Shown: piece by piece, positions 22,139 to 32,515 of the stretch
Layout: every line of letters begins with the position of its first letter
Numbering within the stretch: the first letter of the stretch is position 1
Source of the DNA: Candidatus Poribacteria bacterium
GTDB taxonomy: Bacteria; Poribacteria; WGA-4E; WGA-3G
Length of the DNA stretch: 64,000 nt
Direction: 5' to 3'
NCBI GenBank assembly: GCA_965197475.1
Contig: CBDANF010000003.1
Span: 3,616,001-3,680,000, forward strand
The notes under the pieces: generated by a model
Told to the model about the DNA's origin: nothing
The model's input: the letters and a program-made list of their open reading frames with translations, nothing else
Database searches by the model: none
Program-made: the position numbers and the translations under genes

Positions 22139-25100
22139 ATGTCAATAACCGATTTTTTTCGTGGAAAGGTCCTACTAATTACTGGCGGGACTGCCTTCCT
22201 CGGGCAGCCGATGCTTGCCAAAATTCTAACTTCCCTTCCAGATGTAAAAAAAATATACCTCCTCATCAGAAGCCGGGTTGAGTCGAACGGTAAAGTTACC
22301 TCTGCCCAAGAACGTTTTGAAAATGAACTGTTAACTTCCGATGTTTTTGATGCATTACGTCGGTTGCACGGCACACAGTTTAAGACATGGGTTATGGATA
22401 AAGTTACTGCGGTTGAAGGCGAACTGATGGATGAACGTCTCGGCTTTAGTGATGCGGACTACCAACGTCTTCAGAATGAGATAGACGTTTTTATTAATAT
22501 CGCAGGACTCGTTGACTTTGACCCTCCTTTTGATGCCTCGCTAAAAGGTAACACACTCGCCGCCAAACATGTTGTCACGTTCGCAAAGGGTTGTGCTAAT
22601 GTAGTTTTTCTTCATGTTTCAACAGCTTACGTCTGCGGTGATACACCTGGGCGAGTGGCAGAGGAACTTCACCTACCTTACGAAGAATACGCGCAACAAC
22701 ATAATGAAAAAACCGGAACAGCAATTCCACCAACACTCTCGGAAGAAATTGACTATCTGCTCGCGTTGAGCCAGTCTATTCGCGATGAAGCTGAGGCACC
22801 CGTGCAGACAGCGCGTTTTCAACAGATAGCGCAAAAACAATTACAGGCAAACAAGCGTGGGAGTCGGAAAAACTTAGAGGTGCTTGTTGAAAAAGCTAGA
22901 GCAGAATGGCTTGAGGCGCGTCTGGTTGAAGCAGGACTTGAACACGCGCGTTCACGCGGATGGAACGATACTTATACCTACATGAAATTCCTTGCTGAAC
23001 AAGTAATCATGGAATTACGTGGTGACCTTCCTACTGCGATTGTTCGCCCTTCAATTATTGAAAGTAGTGTTGCTGAGCCCCACCCTGGGTGGCTCGGTAA
23101 GTATCGGATGTCCGAACCGCTTATTGTCGGTTTTGCGAAGGGGCGTATCCCCGATTTTCCAGCTGACCCAGATATTATATTGGATATTATTCCCGTTGAT
23201 TTCGTCGTGAATGCAATGTTAGCCGCTGCCGAAGCAATAGCGAATAGTGGTGGAATTGAGGTTTACCATGTTGCAACTGGCACCCAGAATCCGCTATATT
23301 TTCGTGGCATTGTTGATGCAACTTATGGCTATTTTACTGAAAATCCTATGATGGAAAATGGAAAACCGGTTCCAGTCCCCGTGTGGCAGTTTCCCAGTCT
23401 GGAGTTATTCGAAAAGAAAGTAGATGGCAAAATGCGCATGCTTGATCGCACAATTAAGGCACTCGCGCTATTGCCGATGAAATCAGCAAAACGACAACGT
23501 AGAAGACTCATTCTAAGACAGAGTGCCATAAAAGCTCTATTGCATTACATTCGAATTTACGCGCCTTATACCCGAACAAACTTTGAATTTGAAACGGAAA
23601 AGATGCAGAGGCTTTACGACGGACTATCACCTGAAGAGCAGCAACGCTTCAGCTTTGATGTTTCTCAAATTCATTGGAAGCAGTATTTTCAGGAGATTCA
23701 CATTCCCGGCATCAAGCGACATGTGCTAAAACTTGAGGACAGCACATCTGACACACAAAAAGTGGAGGAAGTTTCCGACTCTTCAAAAAATCGAAAAACA
23801 CCGTCTCAAGAGGAAGCGAACGAGTCTCCTTCCCCAGCTCCAAATCCGATAGACAGTATCTCTCCCCGAACGATCATAGATTTAATTGAAATTCAGGCAA
23901 AACGTATTCCCGAAAAAATTGCCCTTCAGATGGTAAACGATGGAGAATGGGAGCGTTATACCTACGCTGAAACCTATACGCGTTCACGCCAAGTTGCGTT
24001 CCAATTATGGAAAAGCGGATTACGTAAAGAGGATCGAGTTGTTTTAGTCTCAGAAAACCAACCAGAATGGTGTATTGCTTACCTCGCCGCCTCGCAAATC
24101 GGTGTTGCGGTTGTCCCTCTTGACGCGCAGACCCCTACACGCGAAATATTAGCAATTGCTGAGTTCACCGATGCGAAAGCAATCCTTGCATCCGATGCTG
24201 TTTTAACTCAGTCATCTGCACTGTTGACTGATGCAAAAGTTCCGTTGCAGAATATTAATAGGTTTAACGAAGTGATTGATTCTGATGAAGATATCCCAGA
24301 GGATTTTCCAAACGTAGAGGTTTCACCAGATACCGTCGCATCTATTATTTTCACGATGGGAACAACTGTAGACGCGAAAGGTGCAATGCTGACTCATGGC
24401 GGATTTATCTCAAACGTTAAAGCCGTTGCAAAGGCACTGCCTCCGACAGATTCGGAACGTATCTTGTCAGCACTCCCACTGTATCATGCACTGAGTTTTT
24501 CATGTAGTCTGCTAATGGCACTTTATAGTGGCACCACTGCTACTTATGTCAATGCTTTTCGCCCGACAACACTTTTGAAAACGATGCGTGAGGATAAGAC
24601 CACAGCATTTATCAGTGTGCCGCGACTTTTTCAGATGCTTCAAAGCACTATTGAGCGACAGGCATCGCGCAAAGACACACCAGGAGAAACCTTAGCCGAA
24701 AAGGCACAAGCAGTTATGGGGGGTCATATTCGCGTCCTTGTCAGCGGTGGTGCTGCTCTCGCCGATGCAATTTATGACGGGTTCCAAAAATTTGGTATGA
24801 CACTTTATCAAGGCTATGGAATGACTGAAACAGCACCTGTTTTGAGTGTCAATCCTTATCTCAATAGCAAACGTGGGTCTGTCGGACCGGCTGTGGAAGG
24901 CGTAGAATTTCAGATTGTAAATCCGAATTGCGATGGTATCGGTGAGATTATTGCCAAGGGTCCCAGTAATATGAAAGGGTACTATCAAAATCCACAAGCC
25001 ACCGAGAAAGCTATCCGCGATGGTTGGCTCTATACTGGCGATCTTGGATATATTGATGGGGAGGGTTATCTCTATATCACAGGACATTGTAAGGATGTTA

Positions 25101-26413
25101 TCGTTCCCGCCTCTGGCAAAAATGTTTACCCTATTGAATTGGAGGCACTTTATCAGGACAGTCCTGCTATTGCTGAGATGTGTGTCGTTGGAATTCCTGA
25201 TGAAGACGGTTCGGATGTTGCTATCCATGCGGTGATTGTTCCCGCAGAAAGCAACGAGAAAACTACGGCAGAAATTCAGGACCACCTGCAGAAAACAGCA
25301 AAACAGCTGCCAAGTTACCAACAATTTCACAAATCGCATCTGTTTCAGGACGTTTTACCGAAAACCGAGAACGGAACAATTGACAGAAAACGGGTTAAAG
25401 AGCAGTTAGAGGCGTATCTCGTTAATGAACAAGTCTCAGTTATGGATGAATCTGACTGTCAGCAAAGTAAGAATATCCCAGAAGATATTTTAATGCCACT
25501 TGCGCGGTTAGCACGCATGCCCGCGAATAAGATTCGCAGAGAAAACCGTTTGGATACTGATCTTGGGCTTGATTCGCTTACGCGGCTTGACCTGCTAATG
25601 CTCCTTGAATCTCAACTGGGTCAAACGATTCCTGATGCGATGGTTGCCAATTTGCAGACGGTCAACGATGTTGTTGAGTTAACGCTGGCTTTTGAAAAAA
25701 CGGATCCTATACAATCCACCGAAGCATCAGAAAAACTTTTAGAGCTGCGACAAAAACCGCATTGGTATGCGCGCGCTTTCCGTGGTGCTATCCGAAGCCT
25801 GTATCAACAACGTTTTTCGTTTGAGTGTTTCGGTTTGGAGAATATTCCTATAGGAAAACCTTATATCATCACGCCTAATCATACAAGCCATTTAGATACG
25901 TTGACAGTTATTACGGCTTTAGGACATGAATCGCACCGATTGTGGACGCTTGCTGCGCGGGACTATTGGTTCGGTAATCGGTTCCAAGGATGGTTTGCAC
26001 ACAATTGCCTTAATGCACTTCCTATAGAACGTGACGGCAATTTCACGCAGTTCTTACAGGATTTACGGATGGCTAACGAAGTGATGGAACAGAACAATGG
26101 GTTGCTGATTTTTCCAGAAGGTACGCGTTCACTTGATGGGAAACTGCAGCCTTTCAAACCGGGGATTCTTAGCCTATTGGTTTATGGACAACAAGTGCCT
26201 ATTATACCTACTTACATTGAAGGCGCATTTGAAGTCCTACCGAAGGGACAGAACCTTCCGAAAAAACATCCGATTCGGATTGTTTTTGGGAAACCGCTTC
26301 TATTTGAAGTTTCACAAAAACCGGAGGAGATCACGGAAAATTCAGAGATATACCAGAAATTTTTGACTGAACTTGAAAACCGTGTTGCCGAACTCGGTGA
26401 GACACTACGTTAG
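22139..26413 (+). CDS. Multidomain lipid synthase: fatty acyl reductase + adenylation + ACP + PlsC acyltransferase (ElbD-like)
   Basis: ITGGTAFLG, HVSTAYV, YTYMK, IVRPSII, PVDFVVN; QGYGMTET, TGDLG; LGLDSL; NHTSHLD, FPEGTRS. Confidence 0.88.
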   Translation: MSITDFFRGKVLLITGGTAFLGQPMLAKILTSLPDVKKIYLLIRSRVESNGKVTSAQERFENELLTSDVFDALRRLHGTQFKTWVMDKVTAVEGELMDERLGFSDADYQRLQNEIDVFINIAGLVDFDPPFDASLKGNTLAAKHVVTFAKGCANVVFLHVSTAYVCGDTPGRVAEELHLPYEEYAQQHNEKTGTAIPPTLSEEIDYLLALSQSIRDEAEAPVQTARFQQIAQKQLQANKRGSRKNLEVLVEKARAEWLEARLVEAGLEHARSRGWNDTYTYMKFLAEQVIMELRGDLPTAIVRPSIIESSVAEPHPGWLGKYRMSEPLIVGFAKGRIPDFPADPDIILDIIPVDFVVNAMLAAAEAIANSGGIEVYHVATGTQNPLYFRGIVDATYGYFTENPMMENGKPVPVPVWQFPSLELFEKKVDGKMRMLDRTIKALALLPMKSAKRQRRRLILRQSAIKALLHYIRIYAPYTRTNFEFETEKMQRLYDGLSPEEQQRFSFDVSQIHWKQYFQEIHIPGIKRHVLKLEDSTSDTQKVEEVSDSSKNRKTPSQEEANESPSPAPNPIDSISPRTIIDLIEIQAKRIPEKIALQMVNDGEWERYTYAETYTRSRQVAFQLWKSGLRKEDRVVLVSENQPEWCIAYLAASQIGVAVVPLDAQTPTREILAIAEFTDAKAILASDAVLTQSSALLTDAKVPLQNINRFNEVIDSDEDIPEDFPNVEVSPDTVASIIFTMGTTVDAKGAMLTHGGFISNVKAVAKALPPTDSERILSALPLYHALSFSCSLLMALYSGTTATYVNAFRPTTLLKTMREDKTTAFISVPRLFQMLQSTIERQASRKDTPGETLAEKAQAVMGGHIRVLVSGGAALADAIYDGFQKFGMTLYQGYGMTETAPVLSVNPYLNSKRGSVGPAVEGVEFQIVNPNCDGIGEIIAKGPSNMKGYYQNPQATEKAIRDGWLYTGDLGYIDGEGYLYITGHCKDVIVPASGKNVYPIELEALYQDSPAIAEMCVVGIPDEDGSDVAIHAVIVPAESNEKTTAEIQDHLQKTAKQLPSYQQFHKSHLFQDVLPKTENGTIDRKRVKEQLEAYLVNEQVSVMDESDCQQSKNIPEDILMPLARLARMPANKIRRENRLDTDLGLDSLTRLDLLMLLESQLGQTIPDAMVANLQTVNDVVELTLAFEKTDPIQSTEASEKLLELRQKPHWYARAFRGAIRSLYQQRFSFECFGLENIPIGKPYIITPNHTSHLDTLTVITALGHESHRLWTLAARDYWFGNRFQGWFAHNCLNALPIERDGNFTQFLQDLRMANEVMEQNNGLLIFPEGTRSLDGKLQPFKPGILSLLVYGQQVPIIPTYIEGAFEVLPKGQNLPKKHPIRIVFGKPLLFEVSQKPEEITENSEIYQKFLTELENRVAELGETLR

Positions 26414-26421
26414 GGTTTAAA

Positions 26422-27108
26422 ATGGAATCGCTTCAGAAAAAAGCTATTGCGTTTTTTGATGTAGATGGCACGTTACTGAGTTCGACCATCGTGCATTGCT
26501 ACATCTGGTTACGTACTTCTTCGCTGTCACCGATCATGAAATTATTGTGGATCATCGGTTTTCTACCGAAGGTCGTGTATTATCTAATTTTAGATCGGAT
26601 TAGTAGAGAAAGGTTTAATCGGGTCTTCTATCAAAATTATCGTGGCATGGATGCGGCGGCGGTAAAGGCATTAGCAACTGAAATGTTCGGAAGCTACCTC
26701 CGTAAGAAGATATTTCCCGAAGCCATATCGCAAATAGAGGAGCATAAAGCGCAAGGGGATCAAGTTGTTCTTCTAACAGGTTCACTTGATTTTATTGTCC
26801 GACCAATTGCAGCGTATTTCGGAGTGGATTCTATTTTAGCACCTGAACTTAAAGAACAAGATGGAAAGTTTACCGGTGAACTGACAGATGAACCGCTTAT
26901 CGGAGAGCAAAAGGCAATTGTGTTGAAAAAGTTCGCTGGGCAAGCAGAAATACCGCTTGATATCTGTTATGCCTATAGTGACAGCAAATCCGATCTGCCG
27001 ATGTTAGATTGTGTAGGCAATCCGATTGCTGTAAATCCAAGTAAGGCACTACGCAAACATGCACTTGAGACAAATTGGGAAATTCACGAATGGATGCAAG
27101 CGTCATAA
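26422..27108 (+). CDS. HAD-IB family phosphatase
   Basis: FFDVDGTL, LTGS, AYSDSKSDLPML..VGNP.AVNP. Confidence 0.9.
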   Translation: MESLQKKAIAFFDVDGTLLSSTIVHCYIWLRTSSLSPIMKLLWIIGFLPKVVYYLILDRISRERFNRVFYQNYRGMDAAAVKALATEMFGSYLRKKIFPEAISQIEEHKAQGDQVVLLTGSLDFIVRPIAAYFGVDSILAPELKEQDGKFTGELTDEPLIGEQKAIVLKKFAGQAEIPLDICYAYSDSKSDLPMLDCVGNPIAVNPSKALRKHALETNWEIHEWMQAS

Positions 27109-27188
27109 ATTTCAAAATCGGTTGCATTTTGTATCCAAGAAGATTGGAATTATTTAGTAAAGACGACTTGTAGAAATCCATAATTTAG

Positions 27189-27407
27189 ATGAGGAAAACA
27201 ATGGAAGTTAAACGTTATTTTGAATCAATGTCCGAACCCAATGACACTATGTTTATTGAATTCTCTGATATGTACCGCTTCACACGCCGTGGTGAAGATT
27301 GGGAAAAATTCCGACAAGATATAATTGAAGTTCTTGAACAGACTATTTCTGAAGAACTCTCCAAAGAATTTGCAGAAGCCACAGCGGACTGGGTTACAGA
27401 GAATTAG
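27189..27407 (+). CDS. Small acidic hypothetical protein
   Basis: 72-aa ORF with plausible composition; GAGG precedes a second ATG. Confidence 0.55.
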   Translation: MRKTMEVKRYFESMSEPNDTMFIEFSDMYRFTRRGEDWEKFRQDIIEVLEQTISEELSKEFAEATADWVTEN

Positions 27408-27422
27408 GATTATTGGAACAGT

Positions 27423-30368
27423 ATGCTACACGAAGACACTATTACCGCTAAACTTGTTGACATACTTGAAACGATGCGTACTGAGTGGGACGTAGAACCA
27501 CAGAATACGCAAACGTTCCTCCGAGAAGGTGAACGGCCGGATCTTACCGTTAAAGAGAATGGGCGCGATCCTGTTGTTATAGAGGTAAAAATAGATAAAC
27601 CTAACACTCCAGACCTTAGCGGTGAAGCACAAGCGAGAAAACACTTAGGTAAACAACTTACATCTTACGAACGTGTAGCCACTGCAATGGCACTAAGATT
27701 GCCACATCGGTTACGAGGAATACCACATCGCGAGTTGGAAGATAAATTACGCAACGCCGATGACCTCTATTATGTTCTGCTCAGCGGTGATACCCCCGAG
27801 GATGTCCACCGCTTTCCGAATGACGGGTGGATTAAAGCAAGTTTAACGGATGTCGCCACAGCAATTTGCATAGGTGCTATTCCTATCTCAAAGGTTACCA
27901 AAGCCGCTTATGATTTAGAACATGGTGTGAATGAAACCGCACTACTCTTAGAAGCAGCGATACATGAACGCCCGGAGATTGGACGACAGATTGAAGAAAT
28001 TCTCCATCAAGAAGCATGCGAACAAACCTCCCGGATGGCGATGTTAATCATTACAAACGCTTTTGTATTTCAGAGTTCACTTGCACGCAGCCCCGGCCTG
28101 GAAACCGTCCCATCTCTCAGTCAACTTCGTGCACTCAACGAAAGGTTGAAGTCTACGCAAATCTTGGAGGCATGGGACCAAATTCGTCATGTAAATTATC
28201 GTCCAATTTTTGATGTTGCTTCTAAACTCGTTGATATGTTAGCTTCAGATGATAGATTAGTAGGGCGGGTTTTGTATCTCTTACGAAACACAGCACAGAA
28301 ATTGGTAGATAGAGGACTTGCTCAGGTGCATGAATTGGCAGGGATTGTGTTTCAACGCTTAACTGTTGACCGGAAGTTTATTAAAACATATTACACGCGC
28401 CCCGAATCTGTAGCATTGCTTGCAGCACTCGTTTTACCTGATGACATCTTGATGAATGGTGATTGTGAAACTATAAGAAAGTCTTTATCCGAACTCAAGG
28501 TAGCAGATTTTGCCTGTGGTACCGGTGCTTTATTAAATGGGGTTTACCAGCGAATATTGACACTATATGAACAGACAAATGGAAATGGGCGAGACATTCA
28601 TCAGCACATGGTCGAAAACAACCTCGTTGGGTGTGATATTATGCCAAATGCCAGCCACCTCACCGCCGCACTGATTGCAAGCAATTTTCCCGATGTAAAG
28701 ATTGGAAAAACGCGTATTGACGTCATGGAATACGGCACCAAACGTTCAGATGGACTATACGCATTAGGAACATTGGATTGGATTGAAGATCCGGAGGGGG
28801 TACTGCCATTGGACTTAATAAATACGCAGAGAGTACAAGGGGGAGCCTCCCAAGACGACACGCCACAACAAGAATTCCGACATGAGGAAATGGATGTAGT
28901 GGTTGATAATCCACCTTTCACACGGGCAGGTGCTGACAATAATGCCGCTGACCCTGATATTCCTAAAACTCTCTTTGGAGATAGAGATCCGACCATAGCA
29001 GCGGAAATGAAACGCAGGCTTCGAAACATCAAGGATTCAATCGGAAATAGCGGTCATCTTGCTTCCTACTTTGTTGACTTAGCAGACAAAGCACTTAAAC
29101 CAAATGGGCAGAGTGTGATGGGGTTCGTTCTTCCAATCATTGTACTGACTTCTCCAGACTGGGAAAAAGCACGAAACCTGTGGACACAAAAATACAATGA
29201 TGTGGTAGTTATTACCATTGCGGCCTCAAAAATCGAAGACTGTGCATTTTCCGCGGACACAAGTATGGCTGAGTGTCTCGTCGTGGCCCGCAAGGGAAAA
29301 TCAGAAAATACAGGCCGTGGTACGTTTGTCTGTCTTCATCAAAGACCAGATAGTCATTTAGAGGCATTTGAGATGGCAAAGGGTATCCAACGTCTTCAAA
29401 AAGTCAGATGTTTGGAAGATCCTCCGATTGGTGGAAACCCTATCAAAGTTGGAAATAGAGAAATTGGACAAGCTTTAAATTGTTCATTACAAGATGTATG
29501 GGCAGCTTCACGGATTAAGGAATTCGCTCTGATTCAATGTGCTCATCACCTAGCAAATGGACATATCTGGTTACCTCAGCAACAAGAGAAACTTGAAATT
29601 CCCATGACTTCTGTAGGCGAGATTGCGACAATCCACTCCTATGATCATCGAAAGAATTCAGACGGACCATTCGATATAGAAGAGGAAACATCTGATACAG
29701 ACTTATATCCCGGCCTATGGCATGTCAATTCTGAGCACCAACGTACGTTGTTGGTTTCCCCGGATTGCCACGCTATTATTCGTTCTAATTCTTGGGACAG
29801 AGCGCAACAAGTCCTGGGAAAAAGTAGTCGTGTTCACCATAATGCAGCCTTACACTTTAATGTAAATTCTTTAGCAGTACTCTTTACAGAAAGCCCTACT
29901 ATTGGAGTCAATTTACTTCCTACTGTTAAATTTGATCATGTATTGTATGACTATGTTTGGAGTTTGTGGAGTAATTCAACTTTGGGAATGTTGTGTTATT
30001 GGATGCATTCTGCCAAACGACAGGCAGGACGGGGATGGATCAGACTGAAAGCTCTGAGTTCCATGCCAACACTAGATGTGCAGCAATTGGATGAAGCAGC
30101 TTTACAAAACGCTAAAGGTATCTTTGATGAGATAAAGCATAAAAAGATGCTTCCGTTTAACCAGATGTATGAAGATAAGGTGCGTCATGAACTTGATCGC
30201 CGCTTGTTGTCTGAGGTACTTGGCTTCAGTGAGGAGAGGCATCCGGAGGTTCATGAAGGGGTTCGGATTCTTCAGGAGCGTTTGTGTGCGGAGCCAAGCA
30301 TACATGGCGGTAAGAAGTCAAAGGTTGTATTGCCTGATTGTGATCTCACAATCTCCGATAATCCTTGA
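27423..30368 (+). CDS. Type IIG-like restriction-modification protein (nuclease + amino-methyltransferase + TRD)
   Basis: N-terminal PD..IEVK; YYT.P, DFACGTGALL (motif I), NPPF (motif IV). Confidence 0.8.
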   Translation: MLHEDTITAKLVDILETMRTEWDVEPQNTQTFLREGERPDLTVKENGRDPVVIEVKIDKPNTPDLSGEAQARKHLGKQLTSYERVATAMALRLPHRLRGIPHRELEDKLRNADDLYYVLLSGDTPEDVHRFPNDGWIKASLTDVATAICIGAIPISKVTKAAYDLEHGVNETALLLEAAIHERPEIGRQIEEILHQEACEQTSRMAMLIITNAFVFQSSLARSPGLETVPSLSQLRALNERLKSTQILEAWDQIRHVNYRPIFDVASKLVDMLASDDRLVGRVLYLLRNTAQKLVDRGLAQVHELAGIVFQRLTVDRKFIKTYYTRPESVALLAALVLPDDILMNGDCETIRKSLSELKVADFACGTGALLNGVYQRILTLYEQTNGNGRDIHQHMVENNLVGCDIMPNASHLTAALIASNFPDVKIGKTRIDVMEYGTKRSDGLYALGTLDWIEDPEGVLPLDLINTQRVQGGASQDDTPQQEFRHEEMDVVVDNPPFTRAGADNNAADPDIPKTLFGDRDPTIAAEMKRRLRNIKDSIGNSGHLASYFVDLADKALKPNGQSVMGFVLPIIVLTSPDWEKARNLWTQKYNDVVVITIAASKIEDCAFSADTSMAECLVVARKGKSENTGRGTFVCLHQRPDSHLEAFEMAKGIQRLQKVRCLEDPPIGGNPIKVGNREIGQALNCSLQDVWAASRIKEFALIQCAHHLANGHIWLPQQQEKLEIPMTSVGEIATIHSYDHRKNSDGPFDIEEETSDTDLYPGLWHVNSEHQRTLLVSPDCHAIIRSNSWDRAQQVLGKSSRVHHNAALHFNVNSLAVLFTESPTIGVNLLPTVKFDHVLYDYVWSLWSNSTLGMLCYWMHSAKRQAGRGWIRLKALSSMPTLDVQQLDEAALQNAKGIFDEIKHKKMLPFNQMYEDKVRHELDRRLLSEVLGFSEERHPEVHEGVRILQERLCAEPSIHGGKKSKVVLPDCDLTISDNP

Positions 30369-30591
30369 CAGATGGGTTTTGTTAAGGTTAAAATAGGGCT
30401 TATAGTGAAATATAAAAATATGTTTACACACATGGTAGCAGGCACGCTCCGTGGGTTTCTGTCCGCACATTTAGTATTGGTTTGATGCTTTGTAAGCGCG
30501 CTGAATAACATGTAAAGTTAATTGTAAAATCTACTATAATGCCAGTTTATGAACAAAAGTATAAAACGGATTTAATCATAAAAAGAATATA

Positions 30592-32484
30592 ATGAATACA
30601 TTTTACGTCACCACCCCCATCTACTACGTCAACGGTGAACCACACGCAGGACACGCCTATACCACTATCGCAGCCGATGTTTTGGCACGTTATCACCGCC
30701 TCAAGGGTGATGAAGTATTCTTCCTTACTGGCGTTGATGAACATGCTGTCAATGTGTATAACGCTGCGAAAGAGGAAGGTGTCTCTCCGCAAGCTTTCTG
30801 CGACAAGATGGCACCGATTTTTATCAAACTGTGGGAACATCTGAATATCTCGAACGATATTTTCTTGCGCACAACAAGCGATATACACAAGCGCGGTGCA
30901 CAGAAATTCCTGAATGTGCTCTATGAGAGTGGTGATGTGTATAAAGGCACCTACGAAGGATTTTATTGTCTCTCATGTGAAGAGTTCTTTCCAGAAAAAG
31001 AGCTGACAGATGAGAAAATCTGCCCTGATCATAAAATACCTCTGCAGTGGTTAGAAGAAGAGAACTATTTCTTTAGGCTCTCCAAGTATCAGGATCGACT
31101 ACTTGCGCATATTCGCGAGAATCCGGATTTTGTTTACCCCGCAACTCGGCGCAATGAGTTAGTAAACTTCCTGGAATCCGGGTTACAAGATGTCAGTATT
31201 TCCCGTTCCTCCCTATCATGGGGAATTCCGTTTCCATTTGATCCAGAGCATATTATCTACATCTGGATAGAGGCTTTGAGTAACTATATGACCGCACTTG
31301 GTTATGAAACCGAAAGTGAGCGTTACCAAACGTTTTGGCCCGCTGATGTTCACATGATGGCGAAGGACATCACCCGTTTTCACGCGTTGCTTTGGCCTGC
31401 GATGTTGATGTCTGCCAACTTACCACTTCCGAAGCAGATCGTCGGACACGGTTGGTTGACGAAGGATGGCGAGGCGTTGAGTAAAACGCGTGGTATCGTC
31501 ATCGATATGGATGCCGACATTGCGACTTATGGTGTGGACGCGTTCCGTTATTATCTGCTGCGCGAGTTTAGCTTTGGGAACGATGGTGACTACCGTCCTG
31601 CTCGTTTGCATGAACGCTACAATGCAGACCTTGCAAACGATTTAGGTAATCTGCTGAATCGTGTCCTCGGGTTGGTCAATAAAAACTTTGATGGGATACC
31701 AGCACCGACAACCCCAGGTGAATTTGACAATGAGGTTGCGACGATGGCGCAAGAAACGTTTGATAATGTAGAGGCGTATATGGTGTCGTTTGCATTCGAC
31801 AGCGCATTGGAGACTATCTGGGAGTTTGTGCGACGCATCAACCGCTATGTGCAACAGACCGAAGTCTGGACCCTTGCGAAGCCAGAGACAAAACCGAGAA
31901 TGGGAACTATTCTTTACAATAGTTTAGAAGCATTGCGATTCATCTCTGTGCTGGTATCACCGTTTATTCCGGATACTGCTGAGAAAATTCAAAAACAGAT
32001 CGGTTTAACGAAATTCGATACTGTTGCAGAGTGGGGGCGTTTGCCTGTGGATATAAAGGTCAGCAGAGGTGAACCCATCTTCCCGCGTATTGATCTGAAA
32101 AAAGAAAAAGCACCGCAGCCAAAAACAGCTAAACCCAAACAGAAGTCGGAAGATAAAACGACTGAGCTTGTCTCCTTTGCCGAATTCCAAAAACTGGATT
32201 TGCGGGTTGGGCGCATCATCGCAGTTGACCCAATTGAAGGTGCTGACCGCCTATTCAAAATGCAGGTAGACCTCGGCACAGAGAAACGGCAAGTGGTCGC
32301 AGGAATTGCAGAGCACTATAAGCCAGATACCTTGATCGGCAAACAGGTAATTGTTGTGGTTAATTTAGAACCCGCTACGATTCGCAATGTTGAATCACAC
32401 GGCATGATTCTTGCGGCGAGCAGTGATTCCGTGGTATTGATAACTCCTGAAACCGAAGTTCCACTTGGAACACAAGTAAAGTAA
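30592..32484 (+). CDS. metG: Methionine--tRNA ligase
   Basis: TTPIYYVN..HAGH, LTGVDEH, KDITRFH, ALSKT, C-terminal OB tRNA-binding domain. Confidence 0.96.
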   Translation: MNTFYVTTPIYYVNGEPHAGHAYTTIAADVLARYHRLKGDEVFFLTGVDEHAVNVYNAAKEEGVSPQAFCDKMAPIFIKLWEHLNISNDIFLRTTSDIHKRGAQKFLNVLYESGDVYKGTYEGFYCLSCEEFFPEKELTDEKICPDHKIPLQWLEEENYFFRLSKYQDRLLAHIRENPDFVYPATRRNELVNFLESGLQDVSISRSSLSWGIPFPFDPEHIIYIWIEALSNYMTALGYETESERYQTFWPADVHMMAKDITRFHALLWPAMLMSANLPLPKQIVGHGWLTKDGEALSKTRGIVIDMDADIATYGVDAFRYYLLREFSFGNDGDYRPARLHERYNADLANDLGNLLNRVLGLVNKNFDGIPAPTTPGEFDNEVATMAQETFDNVEAYMVSFAFDSALETIWEFVRRINRYVQQTEVWTLAKPETKPRMGTILYNSLEALRFISVLVSPFIPDTAEKIQKQIGLTKFDTVAEWGRLPVDIKVSRGEPIFPRIDLKKEKAPQPKTAKPKQKSEDKTTELVSFAEFQKLDLRVGRIIAVDPIEGADRLFKMQVDLGTEKRQVVAGIAEHYKPDTLIGKQVIVVVNLEPATIRNVESHGMILAASSDSVVLITPETEVPLGTQVK

Positions 32485-32515
32485 TAAGCATACTACCTCT
32501 GTCGTAACTCCCAAA

